IMG/VR virus record: IMGVR_UViG_3300017774_006743
Coordinates: 10,322-74,321 of that record
Length of the DNA stretch: 64,000 nt
Reading direction: 5' to 3' (one strand)
Source: a virus
Taxonomy: Duplodnaviria; Caudoviricetes
Positions 9,320 to 18,856 of this stretch are shown here, piece by piece (within the stretch, counting starts at the first letter, position 1; each line of letters begins with the position of its first letter). The notes under the pieces were generated by a model, which saw only the letters and a program-made list of their open reading frames with translations, had not been told where the DNA came from and made no database searches. The position numbers were made by a program, and so were the translations under genes.

Positions 9320-9503
9320 GATCGGTAGGTTACAATCAGAGATCCACAAGTTGGAGACCACAATAACGAGATATAAACTCAAAAGTAACAATATTAAGTT
9401 ACAATGTGGTAAAATAATTAGAGACAACAAAACAATATTTGGACAAACAACACCAACGGTAAAGTTCGCAAAAGATATTTTACAGATTGTCAATTCTAAA
9501 TGA
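9294..9503 (+). CDS. Small coiled-coil hypothetical protein
   Basis: Heptad-like N-terminus; overlaps the GT end and the helicase start. Confidence 0.55.
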   Translation: MTVQQLQSEIGRLQSEIHKLETTITRYKLKSNNIKLQCGKIIRDNKTIFGQTTPTVKFAKDILQIVNSK

Positions 9504-10825
9504 AATTTAATGCGAATTATTTTGAAAATATTTTTATCTACAAATGTCTAACAGACCCGACTTATGTAAGTTCAATTATTGATTATACTGAAAGCAGATA
9601 CTTTAGTGATAAAGATATCCGGATGACGTGGGGTATTATTAAAGGTTTCTACGACAAACATAATAGTATCCCCACTACAACTGAAATTAAGCAGTACATT
9701 CAAAATAATGAACAAAAACAATCCCTTGTATCAGTACTGACAAAGATAAAGGATATAGATAAAAATCTCAACCCAGATGAGTTGTACCAAAATACGGAAT
9801 TGTTCCTCAAGGAACGTGCTGTATACAATACAATGCTGGATATTGCTCAGGATATTTCCACTAAAACTGTGGACCCTGCAGAGATTCTTGAAAAATTTGA
9901 CAAGTCTTGTAACATAACTCTTCAAACAGACATTGGATTAGACCTGTATAATGATATTGATAAGGTTTGTGACTATCTAAACAGTGTTGAGGAAACAATT
10001 CCATCGAGTTGGAACTGGTTTGACGAAGCAGTCGGTGGTGGTTTCCTAAAGTCTGGTCGAGCTTTATATGTGTTTGTTGGTCAAACAAATATCGGAAAGT
10101 CTATTTTCCTTGGTAATATTGCGACAAATATTGCAAAGCAAAACAAGACGGTCCTTTTAGTGTCATTGGAGATGTCTGAGATGTTGTATGCGAAGCGTCT
10201 GTGTTCAAACGTTACAAAAATTCCACTATCAACTATACATCTTGAAACAACCACTCTCAAAAATGAGATTAATCTCATAAAGAACAACAATGGTGGTCGG
10301 GTTCTAATCAAAGAGTTTCCCCCATCAACAATAACACCAAGACAACTTCAAGCTTTTGTAAAGAAAATTGAAGACAAAGGCATAAAGATTGATGCGATTG
10401 TAATAGACTACATCAACCTTCTTCATTCCCCAATTGGATCTAACTCATACGAACGGGTAAAATATGCTACTGAACAGATCAGAGCAATGTCTTACACATT
10501 TACTTGTCCGGTTATCAGTGCTTCCCAGTTAAATCGAACAGGAACCCATGTAAATAACCCAGATCTTACAACAATCTCAGAAAGCCTAGGATTGGCTATG
10601 ACTGCAGACGTCATGGTTTCAATATTTCAATCGGATGAAGATAGAGAATTGGGTATTATCAGATTAGGGATGATGAAAAACCGTCTGGGTCCGGTTGGAT
10701 CAACACAAGCAATGCGAATTGACTATGGAACATTATCAATATCTGAAGCAGAAGACGTGGAAGAAGATGAAAGTGTTGAACAAGAAATGATATCAACACT
10801 TGAGATGTTCCGGGGTGTTGATTAG
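9500..10825 (+). CDS. gp41: DnaB-like replicative helicase, T4 gp41-like
   Basis: Walker A GQTNIGKS, VSLEMS, IDYINLL, SQLNR, SESLG, KNRLG. Confidence 0.95.
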   Translation: MKFNANYFENIFIYKCLTDPTYVSSIIDYTESRYFSDKDIRMTWGIIKGFYDKHNSIPTTTEIKQYIQNNEQKQSLVSVLTKIKDIDKNLNPDELYQNTELFLKERAVYNTMLDIAQDISTKTVDPAEILEKFDKSCNITLQTDIGLDLYNDIDKVCDYLNSVEETIPSSWNWFDEAVGGGFLKSGRALYVFVGQTNIGKSIFLGNIATNIAKQNKTVLLVSLEMSEMLYAKRLCSNVTKIPLSTIHLETTTLKNEINLIKNNNGGRVLIKEFPPSTITPRQLQAFVKKIEDKGIKIDAIVIDYINLLHSPIGSNSYERVKYATEQIRAMSYTFTCPVISASQLNRTGTHVNNPDLTTISESLGLAMTADVMVSIFQSDEDRELGIIRLGMMKNRLGPVGSTQAMRIDYGTLSISEAEDVEEDESVEQEMISTLEMFRGVD

Positions 10826-10850
10826 TATACAAACAGTAATAACTACTTGA

Positions 10851-11729
10851 GTGAAACATAACGTTTTAATAATAACTGATAGTGATCTAGATGGGTGTGG
10901 CTCGTGTCTTGTCTTAAGATGGGTATATAAAGGAGCTAATATTACACAACAATGTGTTGATAGAGGAAACCCAAAGAAAATATTTGAAAAATTTGATTAT
11001 TCAAAGTATGATAAGGTTTATATCACAGATACGTACGTTCCAGATGATTGCAAACCACTAGTGGACTTTGAAAACGTATATATTGTTGATCACCACAAAG
11101 CCCACTTTGACGAGAAGCAGAAGTATACAAAAGCAAAGACACTTATGAAGGAGTATTACACGAGCTGCACAAAGCTTTTGTTTGATCTCTTTCAATCCAA
11201 GGTTGAAATCACCAAACATCAAAAGCTTTTAGTTCATATCATTGACGATTATGATTGCTTTGAGTTAAAATACAAACAATCTAGGCAATTAGACGCAATA
11301 TACCACGAACTGAAGGGGTCTAATCAAGATAAGTTAGATAAATTTGTTTTGGAGTTTGAAAAAGGTTTTTTCGGGTTTAATAACATACAGCAAAATATAA
11401 TCAACCTTCGTCAAAAACATCTTGTTGAGAAGATTCAGGAATCAGAGTTTTATCGTGGTAAAATTGATGGTGTTAATTCAGTTTGTGTTATGGGTGGCAT
11501 GTTCAATAATGATATTGCCCTTTATGCTCTTAAGAAGTATGGTGCAGATATTTGCATTATTGTGATGCCTGGGATTAATCGAGTGTCATTCCGCCGGAAG
11601 AAAGGAAGTGTTGTTAATCTTCTAGATATTTGTAGTAAATATTGTAATGGAATTGGTCATGAATATGCTGCTGGAGGTGAAATCACAGATAAATTCCTAG
11701 AAATAACCAAAACCTTTCATAAAGTATAA
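10851..11729 (+). CDS. DHH-family phosphoesterase
   Basis: TDSDLDG, YITD, VDHH, SFR and GIGHEYAAGG (DHHA1-like) motifs. Confidence 0.85.
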   Translation: MKHNVLIITDSDLDGCGSCLVLRWVYKGANITQQCVDRGNPKKIFEKFDYSKYDKVYITDTYVPDDCKPLVDFENVYIVDHHKAHFDEKQKYTKAKTLMKEYYTSCTKLLFDLFQSKVEITKHQKLLVHIIDDYDCFELKYKQSRQLDAIYHELKGSNQDKLDKFVLEFEKGFFGFNNIQQNIINLRQKHLVEKIQESEFYRGKIDGVNSVCVMGGMFNNDIALYALKKYGADICIIVMPGINRVSFRRKKGSVVNLLDICSKYCNGIGHEYAAGGEITDKFLEITKTFHKV

Positions 11730-12013
11730 TGAACCCATCATCAAATATAATTGAAGACGAGACAGAGCATATACTTCTGTGTTATTGTACATTCTGTACG
11801 ATGACCATTGGGAAGAAATTGTCGATCCAAAATATATTTCTCCTAACCCTTAAGGAAGAACGATATAAAAGATTGTTAAAAGATCTTCTAGATATTGAAA
11901 ATGATTTTGAATTAGTCAGAATTTTTCTTGACTACGATGATACAATTGTTAAATCAAAATACGTAACAAAGTATGTCAATTCCCTTAACAGAGCAAGAAA
12001 AGCACGTCTATAA
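11729..12013 (+). CDS. Hypothetical protein
   Basis: TAATG coupling with the upstream gene; helical 94 aa. Confidence 0.65.
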   Translation: MNPSSNIIEDETEHILLCYCTFCTMTIGKKLSIQNIFLLTLKEERYKRLLKDLLDIENDFELVRIFLDYDDTIVKSKYVTKYVNSLNRARKARL

Positions 12014-12638
12014 TACATGGCTTCGTATATCAAGACAGCGAAAGAAACAACCATTTACTCTTCGAAAAAAATTCGACGACCTGGGTGATGATAAGTGCAT
12101 GTATGTTCAAAAAATTGCAAGATTTCTTGAATCGAACCAATCAGTTAAAATGGATAAGTTCTTTGAAGCTCCATATGAAATTTTTAAAGATGGTACATTT
12201 GGGTTAGACTTCTACACAACGAGAAAAGCAGTATCATGTTATATATCGTTAGTAGAAATGATACGATTAGGAGATATCAAAACAATTGAAGTACAAACAC
12301 AAACAAAACAAGGTATAAAGTTTATTTTTGAATTTTGTAAAGATAATAACTTGACTTTTGACGACTACAAAGTATATTATGAAAACAACAACACAACCCC
12401 TGATTACATTTTAAAACTCAAAAATGGTGATATCAATTTCTATTGCCTTCATCTTCTCAACATTACACCCACCATTGAAAAGAATGTACTTGAGTTTATT
12501 ATTCCCGACTTTCATAACATTTTTCACAAAACGAAAATCAAATTTTTAGGTTCCGGTGAACCTAAGGAAACATTAAGAGATATGGTAAAAAAACTTGAAC
12601 TTTACCTCTTGAAAAACAAAAAACATACACTAAAATAA
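11973..12638 (+). CDS. Hypothetical protein, possibly a gp59-like helicase loader
   Basis: Size, basic and aromatic composition and position just upstream of gp32. No decisive motif. Confidence 0.4.
   Translation: MSIPLTEQEKHVYNTWLRISRQRKKQPFTLRKKFDDLGDDKCMYVQKIARFLESNQSVKMDKFFEAPYEIFKDGTFGLDFYTTRKAVSCYISLVEMIRLGDIKTIEVQTQTKQGIKFIFEFCKDNNLTFDDYKVYYENNNTTPDYILKLKNGDINFYCLHLLNITPTIEKNVLEFIIPDFHNIFHKTKIKFLGSGEPKETLRDMVKKLELYLLKNKKHTLK
12609..12636 (+). promoter_or_regulatory. Sigma70-like promoter TTGAAA-N16-TAAAAT of gp32
   Basis: -35 at 12609-12614, -10 at 12631-12636, ATG 12644. Confidence 0.6.
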
Positions 12639-12643
12639 CATAT

Positions 12644-13483
12644 ATGAAATACAATACAAACACGATGTTCGAATCTATTAAAAACTCACTTCAAAAAGAA
12701 GAAAAGAAAGGGGGCGGTTTTCGCGATATTATGTCACTCAAACCTGGTAATACATACACATTACGTTTGATTCCTAATATCAACGACCCTTCTGAAACCT
12801 TCTTCCATCACTTCTCACACGGCTGGACTTCGTTTTTGACCGGTTCTTACACAAGTGCTCTATCACCAATGACGTTTGGTGAACGAGACCCAATCGCTGA
12901 AGAACGTTATCGCGTTAATCGCGTTGGTTCTGAGGCAGAAAAAGAAAAGATGAAAGCAGTTCGTCGTTCAGAACAATGGCTCGCACGCGTGTGGGTTATT
13001 GACGATCCAACAACCCCGGAAAATAACGGAAAAGTGAAGATGATCCGTTATGGTAAGCAAATTGATAAGATTATCAAAGACGCTATCCAAGGTGAAGGAG
13101 CAGAAGAGTTTGGTGCAAGGATTTTCGACCTCACAAAGGCTGGGGTAAACTTCAAGATTAAGGTTGAAAAGCAAACAGACACGTTCCCAACATATACGTC
13201 TTCAAGGTTTACAACAGCAAACAACGATTTGAAGCTCTCAGAAGCTCAGATCGAAGAAATCCTTACAACGGCTCATGCTGCACCTCTAAAAGAAACCATT
13301 CCTCTTAAATCATACGACGAGCTCAAGAAAATGTTAGATGAACACTTCTATTGTAAAACCGAAGCTGATGAGAAAGAAGATGGTCCTTCTGAAAAAGAAA
13401 TCCTTAAGGAGATTAATGGTGTAAATGAAAGCAGCGTTGATGTCTCTGATGCAGAAGTCGAAGAACTTCTTAAAGACCTGTAA
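12644..13483 (+). CDS. gp32: ssDNA-binding protein, T4 gp32-like
   Basis: LRLIP, FFHHFSHG, VWVIDDPTTPENNGKVKMIRYGKQI, FDL...GVNFKIK, YTSSRF, acidic tail. Confidence 0.9.
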   Translation: MKYNTNTMFESIKNSLQKEEKKGGGFRDIMSLKPGNTYTLRLIPNINDPSETFFHHFSHGWTSFLTGSYTSALSPMTFGERDPIAEERYRVNRVGSEAEKEKMKAVRRSEQWLARVWVIDDPTTPENNGKVKMIRYGKQIDKIIKDAIQGEGAEEFGARIFDLTKAGVNFKIKVEKQTDTFPTYTSSRFTTANNDLKLSEAQIEEILTTAHAAPLKETIPLKSYDELKKMLDEHFYCKTEADEKEDGPSEKEILKEINGVNESSVDVSDAEVEELLKDL

Positions 13484-13484
13484 T

Positions 13485-13940
13485 ATGGAACAACCTCCAG
13501 CAGAATTGTTGCATGCGCTTGGGACTCTCTTCGGAGAGTCCAAACGTATGGACAGTAATATTGTACAAGCCTCAGGGAACTTGATACCGAATACAAGTAA
13601 TGGTGTTCAACAATCATTACAAAATACTATAGCTGGAATGAAACATGCAGGTACACCTTCTGGAACCGGGGGTCCCAAATTTGGTGATTCTCCAATGGAT
13701 CCAAAGTTTGGAGACCAACCACTTGTTTTACCAGGGGACGATTTTATTGCACCTCAACCTGTACTCCCAACATACCGCGACCAGCATACAGTTACGTCAC
13801 CAATTCCTCAATTAATTGATATTTCACTATTGAAATCTATTGATGATAAGCTATCAATTATAATTGATCTACTAACAAAAAAGAAGAATGCATCTAAGCC
13901 TAGAAAAAGAAAGCCTCGTAAGGTTCCTACAGAATCTTGA
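13485..13940 (+). CDS. Pro/Gly-rich hypothetical protein with basic tail
   Basis: ATG 1 nt after the gp32 stop. Confidence 0.65.
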   Translation: MEQPPAELLHALGTLFGESKRMDSNIVQASGNLIPNTSNGVQQSLQNTIAGMKHAGTPSGTGGPKFGDSPMDPKFGDQPLVLPGDDFIAPQPVLPTYRDQHTVTSPIPQLIDISLLKSIDDKLSIIIDLLTKKKNASKPRKRKPRKVPTES

Positions 13941-14613
13941 TTCAATTACACAGCAGTCCATTTTATCCATCTCCAAAAACAAAATTGAAAGTATTGTCTC
14001 TACACCAGATAATACTCTTTTTTTGTACAGCGAGTGGGAAGATGAAAAGATCAATGTTGATAATAATTTAACTCTTCATATTCCTGACGTAAAAAGACTC
14101 CTCAACCTAATCAGATATATTGAAGAACCGACAATATCACTTGATGTTGGTCCAAATTCTTTGAAATATAAATCAAAGGATATAAAGTTTACATACCATT
14201 TGTTTGAAGAGGGATTGATATCTCCATGTCAGTTAAAACCTGAAAAGATCAAATCGTTTGAGACAGATTTTGAATTTACCCTAACAAAAGCTGAATATCA
14301 AAAACTTACAAAAGCTTCTGCATTTTCAGGGGACGTGAATAAAATTTACTTCTATACAAATGAAGAAGGTGTTTTTGGAGAGATAACTGATAAAGCTAAA
14401 CACAATATCGACTCATTTGGATGCACAATTGGTAATACAACAAAGGGTGTAACCCTCAATCCAATCAGTTTAAATTTTGATAACTTTAAACTGTTGCAAT
14501 CAAACTGGCAGGTATGTACGGTGAGTATAAACCAACAAATGGGTGTTTGTATTGTCACTATAGTTGAAAATTACATCATGTCTACTTACATATTTACATC
14601 GTTTAGCCAATGA
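13888..14613 (+). CDS. gp45: Sliding clamp, T4 gp45-like
   Basis: 241 aa two-domain beta/alpha pattern (HIPDVKRLLNLI...FEFTLTKAEYQKLTKAS) in replication context. Confidence 0.65.
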   Translation: MHLSLEKESLVRFLQNLDSITQQSILSISKNKIESIVSTPDNTLFLYSEWEDEKINVDNNLTLHIPDVKRLLNLIRYIEEPTISLDVGPNSLKYKSKDIKFTYHLFEEGLISPCQLKPEKIKSFETDFEFTLTKAEYQKLTKASAFSGDVNKIYFYTNEEGVFGEITDKAKHNIDSFGCTIGNTTKGVTLNPISLNFDNFKLLQSNWQVCTVSINQQMGVCIVTIVENYIMSTYIFTSFSQ

Positions 14614-14978
14614 ATACTAAAATTACAAAACAAGACAAAAACAAGTTAAAGACACCAGCGTACTTCATTAAGAGGTTGAAAGATAATGGATATATTACGC
14701 TCCGGATGTTTCAAAAATATGCCCCTTCTGACCCAAGAAAGTGGACGGTATTAGTGGACCCCGGAAATTTTTCTGTGTTTATCACTTGTTTCGAGAACAA
14801 AAACGAAAGAGGTGAGATTTTGTTTCAAGTTGATGATGGTGGAAGATTATTCCCACCAAACTTTTACATTAAGACACATTCCATGGAGGTTGTGATTAAT
14901 AATCTTGTTGAAAGAGGTGTGACCCAATCACACAAAGATTCTATTTTTTTCAAAACGCGAGATGAAGAGAATAAATAA
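14610..14978 (+). CDS. Hypothetical protein
   Basis: ATGA-coupled ORF. Confidence 0.7.
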   Translation: MNTKITKQDKNKLKTPAYFIKRLKDNGYITLRMFQKYAPSDPRKWTVLVDPGNFSVFITCFENKNERGEILFQVDDGGRLFPPNFYIKTHSMEVVINNLVERGVTQSHKDSIFFKTRDEENK

Positions 14979-14982
14979 AATT

Positions 14983-15378
14983 ATGGCCGATGAACCCACA
15001 CCAAAAAGACGGAAAAGAACTTCCGCTAAACAGCTCCCCCTTGGTGTGGATAATCCAAAAGTTCCATTTCTGAAGCTTGATGGTGTTGATCATGATACCA
15101 GTGCAATTAGGGCTCTTATACAAGCTGCATTGAAGGAAAATATAGACAAACAAAACCACATCAGAGAATCTGAGGATAATAGTAAAGCACTTATATCAAC
15201 AATATCAGAGTTCCTTGATTGTTTTGTAATTCTTGGTTACGACCAAGAAAGTGACCCAGTCGTTATCACATATGGTCCGACGTCAAAAGATAATGATGCT
15301 CTGAGAAATCTCTATATTAAATTCCTTCCGCAGTTTATGCAATCACAAGATGATCTGGGTGACCCCGAAGACCTCTAA
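14983..15378 (+). CDS. Hypothetical protein
   Basis: Start moved to ATG 14983, 5 nt after TAAATA. Confidence 0.65.
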   Translation: MADEPTPKRRKRTSAKQLPLGVDNPKVPFLKLDGVDHDTSAIRALIQAALKENIDKQNHIRESEDNSKALISTISEFLDCFVILGYDQESDPVVITYGPTSKDNDALRNLYIKFLPQFMQSQDDLGDPEDL

Positions 15379-15736
15379 ACCCCGTGATTCATTCATGGTA
15401 AAATCTGGGGAGCGGATGGGTGAATTACTAATACTAATGGAAAGTACCCCAGGTTCTTTTTATTTTCTATCATACCCCCTCAATGTAATAAGGGTTTATG
15501 AAAAGGGTAAATTTGATTTTGAGAGGAAATCAAATATAATAGAATTTATACAGAGATTACCAAAAGCTGTATATAAGGGGATGAAAATCTCGTATGACCG
15601 CTTAAAGCAAACTGGCAACCCATCAAAGTGGGACAAAGAAACGTTGAGGACACAAATTCGAAAAAATGAAGACTTTAATAATAGACGGGAACAACCTGGT
15701 GTGGAGGTCCCAGTGGGTCGCAAAAAATTTCTATAA
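15350..15736 (+). CDS. Hypothetical protein
   Basis: Overlaps both neighbours in the operon. Confidence 0.6.
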   Translation: MIWVTPKTSKPRDSFMVKSGERMGELLILMESTPGSFYFLSYPLNVIRVYEKGKFDFERKSNIIEFIQRLPKAVYKGMKISYDRLKQTGNPSKWDKETLRTQIRKNEDFNNRREQPGVEVPVGRKKFL

Positions 15737-16553
15737 CAATCAAGATACTGAAAACAAAAAAGACTTCCTTGGTGTTTACATTTTCTTAACATCGCTCCGA
15801 TCATATTACGAAAAGTATAAACCGACCAACATTATCTGCTGTTGGGATGAAAAACCAGACTATAAACCCAATCCTCGGAAGTTAATTCTTGAGCAATATA
15901 AAGGGAACAGAAACGCGGATGATTCAATAGACATTCACTGTGATAATCACCACATCAAGGAATTGATTGAAGCTATTGGTGGTATTAACTTTTACCCAAG
16001 AGAACTTGAAGCAGATGATATTATGGCGTTTTTGTGCCATAAATTACCCGGGACTAAGGTGATTATAACTGTTGATAAGGATCTTATCCAATTGGTCAAC
16101 AAAGATGTTATTGTATTCAGTCCAATGAAGAAGATTGAATACACATCAGATAACGTTGACCAACTACTTGGACATGCTCATGAACACTTTGTCACATATA
16201 AAGCGTTTCAGGGTGATCAATCTGATAACATCCCAGGTGTATACCGATTTGGAGCTAAAAAGATCCAGCAATACATTAATAATGAGATAGTTCTTACATC
16301 AGAACAACAAGAAGTATTTGACCGAAACATGAAGCTCATGGACCTCAACCATGGTTATTCACAGTATCCGGAAGAAGAAGAACATTATAACCAACAATTA
16401 CAAAACCCATATCCAAAGCAAGATTGGGACAAGTTTATGTACATTTGTACAGACTTAAACTTTCAAAAGATTGTAACGAGCAAAGAAAAATGGTTTGAAA
16501 CTTTCTTTCAAGACAATACAATGACCAATATCATCAGTCAATTGTTTAAATGA
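15666..16553 (+). CDS. rnh: 5'-3' exonuclease / RNase H (FEN-like), T4 rnh-like
   Basis: IIDGNN, CWD, YKGNR, EADDIMA, TVDKDLIQ, GDQSDNIPGV. Confidence 0.93.
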   Translation: MKTLIIDGNNLVWRSQWVAKNFYNNQDTENKKDFLGVYIFLTSLRSYYEKYKPTNIICCWDEKPDYKPNPRKLILEQYKGNRNADDSIDIHCDNHHIKELIEAIGGINFYPRELEADDIMAFLCHKLPGTKVIITVDKDLIQLVNKDVIVFSPMKKIEYTSDNVDQLLGHAHEHFVTYKAFQGDQSDNIPGVYRFGAKKIQQYINNEIVLTSEQQEVFDRNMKLMDLNHGYSQYPEEEEHYNQQLQNPYPKQDWDKFMYICTDLNFQKIVTSKEKWFETFFQDNTMTNIISQLFK

Positions 16554-17617
16554 TTACAGTACCAGAGCAATATTCGATAAACAAGTTTTACGAATTTGCA
16601 TATAGGGTAAAACACAATAAGTATAACGATACATACCAAGCTGAGTGCCCTATATGTAGAGAAGGTAAATCTTCTGGTGTAAAACGCCGTTGTTATTATA
16701 TTCCCAAAAAGGATCTGATATTCTGCCACAATTGTGGGTGGTCATCAAAGTCTCTTAAATGGATTGCAAAAGTATCTGGTAATTCTGTATCAGATATCAT
16801 TAATGATATTAAAGATGCTGATTACGACTATGGTATTCCAAACGATATCAGTACGTTAGTCCAAGAGAAACATTTTGAAACGACAGATATTCCAAACGAT
16901 GGCATAGACCTATTTGATATCGATCGAGAGCAATTGAGAGACGATGGAGAATCGATTTTGACAAAAGATCAAAGTCAGATTGTAGAAAGATGTCTTGACT
17001 TCATAGAATCAAGGCGTTTGAAAACAGCTATTAACAAGCCAAACCGACTTTATGTTTCATTTAGAGACGCAACTCACAAGAATAGGCTCATAATACCATT
17101 TTATGATACTAAAGGTCGAGTAATATTCTACCAATCTCGGCAAATTATAGCTGGTGACCCACGTCCTCGGTATATTTCAAAGACCAATGGTGAAAAATCA
17201 ATATTTGGTATCGATAAAGTAACACCAGACAGTAATTACGTGTTTATATTTGAAGGTCCTTTCAATTCTTTCTTTATGAAAAATGGTGTTGCTGTTGGGG
17301 GTATTCAAGATTCACAACAAACGTTTACTCAATTGCAGCAAGAACAGATGGAGAAGTATTTGAGGTTCTATAAAAAGATATTTGTCTTGGATTCTCAATG
17401 GAAAGACCAAACAAGCTTATCAAAATCTGAAAAGCTAATTGATAATAATGAAACGGTCTTCATTTGGCCAGAAAATATTGGAAAAAGATTCAAAGATTTT
17501 AATGAGATTGCCATAAAGGGAAATCTTGACCATATTAGTCAAGATTTCGTAGTTAGTAATTCGTTCTCCGGTTTGACCGGAAAGATTAAGATAAACCAGA
17601 TAAAGAAGATTATCTGA
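16550..17617 (+). CDS. gp61: DNA primase, T4 gp61-like
   Basis: Zn finger CPIC...CHNC, RLIIPFY...FYQSR, TOPRIM-like FEGPFNS and FVLDSQWKD, FKDFNE. Confidence 0.9.
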   Translation: MITVPEQYSINKFYEFAYRVKHNKYNDTYQAECPICREGKSSGVKRRCYYIPKKDLIFCHNCGWSSKSLKWIAKVSGNSVSDIINDIKDADYDYGIPNDISTLVQEKHFETTDIPNDGIDLFDIDREQLRDDGESILTKDQSQIVERCLDFIESRRLKTAINKPNRLYVSFRDATHKNRLIIPFYDTKGRVIFYQSRQIIAGDPRPRYISKTNGEKSIFGIDKVTPDSNYVFIFEGPFNSFFMKNGVAVGGIQDSQQTFTQLQQEQMEKYLRFYKKIFVLDSQWKDQTSLSKSEKLIDNNETVFIWPENIGKRFKDFNEIAIKGNLDHISQDFVVSNSFSGLTGKIKINQIKKII

Positions 17618-18023
17618 ATCGGTACTTCGGATCAGATGATCCAGACAAGTAACCCTTCATAGATTGAGCGAGAGAAGCTAAATCCATTGCGGTACGAGCA
17701 ATTTTCTTCGTTTCTGTTGTACGAATCTTATCCAAGATTGTATCTGGTACGGAATTTCTAAGAATAGACTGAATTGATGATTGATCATCAGGATCATTCA
17801 AGAAGTTCGTGAACTTATCTAACTCACCAATCCAATTTTTAATGTGTTGAACCATTTGCTGTTCTTGTTGAGCTGCTGCTTGAAGAACGGCTTGGTCGAC
17901 CCCACTTGCTCCAAGTTGATCAGGCTCAGCACCATCAAGAGTAGACTGCATCGCCTGTTCTTCCGGTGTTGGTTCAATATCTTGCTCGATAAAAAGTTTA
18001 AATCTCTTTGAGAATGCTGACAT
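17610..18023 (-). CDS. Hypothetical late protein
   Basis: Start moved to ATG 18023, 5 nt after TAAATA; N-terminus MSAFSKRFKLFIE. Confidence 0.7.
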   Translation of the reverse strand: MSAFSKRFKLFIEQDIEPTPEEQAMQSTLDGAEPDQLGASGVDQAVLQAAAQQEQQMVQHIKNWIGELDKFTNFLNDPDDQSSIQSILRNSVPDTILDKIRTTETKKIARTAMDLASLAQSMKGYLSGSSDPKYRFR

Positions 18024-18028
18024 ATAGT

Positions 18029-18052
18029 TATTTATTCTCACTACCTTAAATA
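18029..18052. promoter_or_regulatory. Back-to-back TAAATA late-type promoters
   Basis: Minus hexamer 18029-18034 and plus hexamer 18047-18052, each 5 nt from an ATG. Confidence 0.65.
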
Positions 18053-18057
18053 TATAC

Positions 18058-18387
18058 ATGATAAACACACAACCATCACCTTATCAGGTTGGATTTGCAC
18101 AGCAACCCACAAGTTCCATGGAGGATCTCAAGAGACAATTTGAGATTCAAAAGAAAGAAGAGAAAGAAACACACAAAGCTAAACCAATACTACCAAATAC
18201 TCTTCAAACTATTACAGATCAACTTGGTGATATGTTCGTAAAGTTCATTGACATCCACAACCTCCTTGAATTAGCAAAGCAAAACACCAAAAAAGTCGGT
18301 GAAATTGAAGAAGTACAAAATAAAATCGGGGCGATCAACGAACAAATATTTGATTTAACCAATAGTTTAGATAAAATATCAGTATGA
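18058..18387 (+). CDS. Hypothetical coiled-coil protein
   Basis: 109 aa; TAAATA 5 nt upstream. Confidence 0.7.
   Translation: MINTQPSPYQVGFAQQPTSSMEDLKRQFEIQKKEEKETHKAKPILPNTLQTITDQLGDMFVKFIDIHNLLELAKQNTKKVGEIEEVQNKIGAINEQIFDLTNSLDKISV
18350..18377 (+). promoter_or_regulatory. Sigma70-like promoter TTGATT-N16-TAAAAT
   Basis: -35 at 18350-18355, -10 at 18372-18377, ATG 18384. Confidence 0.55.
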
Positions 18388-18827
18388 AACAACTTATCCG
18401 ATCTATTGCATTAACTCTTCTTGTCAGTGCAGTAGTCGCCACACCATGGTTACCTGATTCTTACTGGAAGGCCATGGCAGTGATTACAGGGATACAAATA
18501 TTCGGTGCATGGATTATTAACTCTGTGTTGGAATACCTTAGAAACACAAAAGAACAAGAGGATTATAATAGAACCCTTGATATTTTAGCTCAAAACTCAG
18601 CAAATATACCATGTCCAAAGTGTTCTGACGTAATGACAGTACCAATCTTCATTGCAGAAGAGAATATAGTTGAGTGTGTCAAGTGTGGTTGTGAAACAAA
18701 GGTGGATGTTACATTAACTCCAATCATGCTTACTAAGATGATTGATAATACAGTGGCCATTGGTGAGATATTTGAGCAAATCAATGCGATACCACAAACG
18801 GAATCGTCTGACAGTAATAAAAGTTAG
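18384..18827 (+). CDS. Membrane protein with a C-terminal zinc ribbon
   Basis: Two hydrophobic segments, then CPKC...CVKC. Confidence 0.7.
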   Translation: MKQLIRSIALTLLVSAVVATPWLPDSYWKAMAVITGIQIFGAWIINSVLEYLRNTKEQEDYNRTLDILAQNSANIPCPKCSDVMTVPIFIAEENIVECVKCGCETKVDVTLTPIMLTKMIDNTVAIGEIFEQINAIPQTESSDSNKS

Positions 18828-18835
18828 AAAAAAGA

Positions 18836-18851
18836 GGAAATATCATATAAT
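18836..18851 (+). promoter_or_regulatory. GGAA-N6-TATAAT promoter
   Basis: GGAA 18836-18839, TATAAT 18846-18851, ATG 18857. Confidence 0.6.
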
Positions 18852-18856
18852 TAAGT

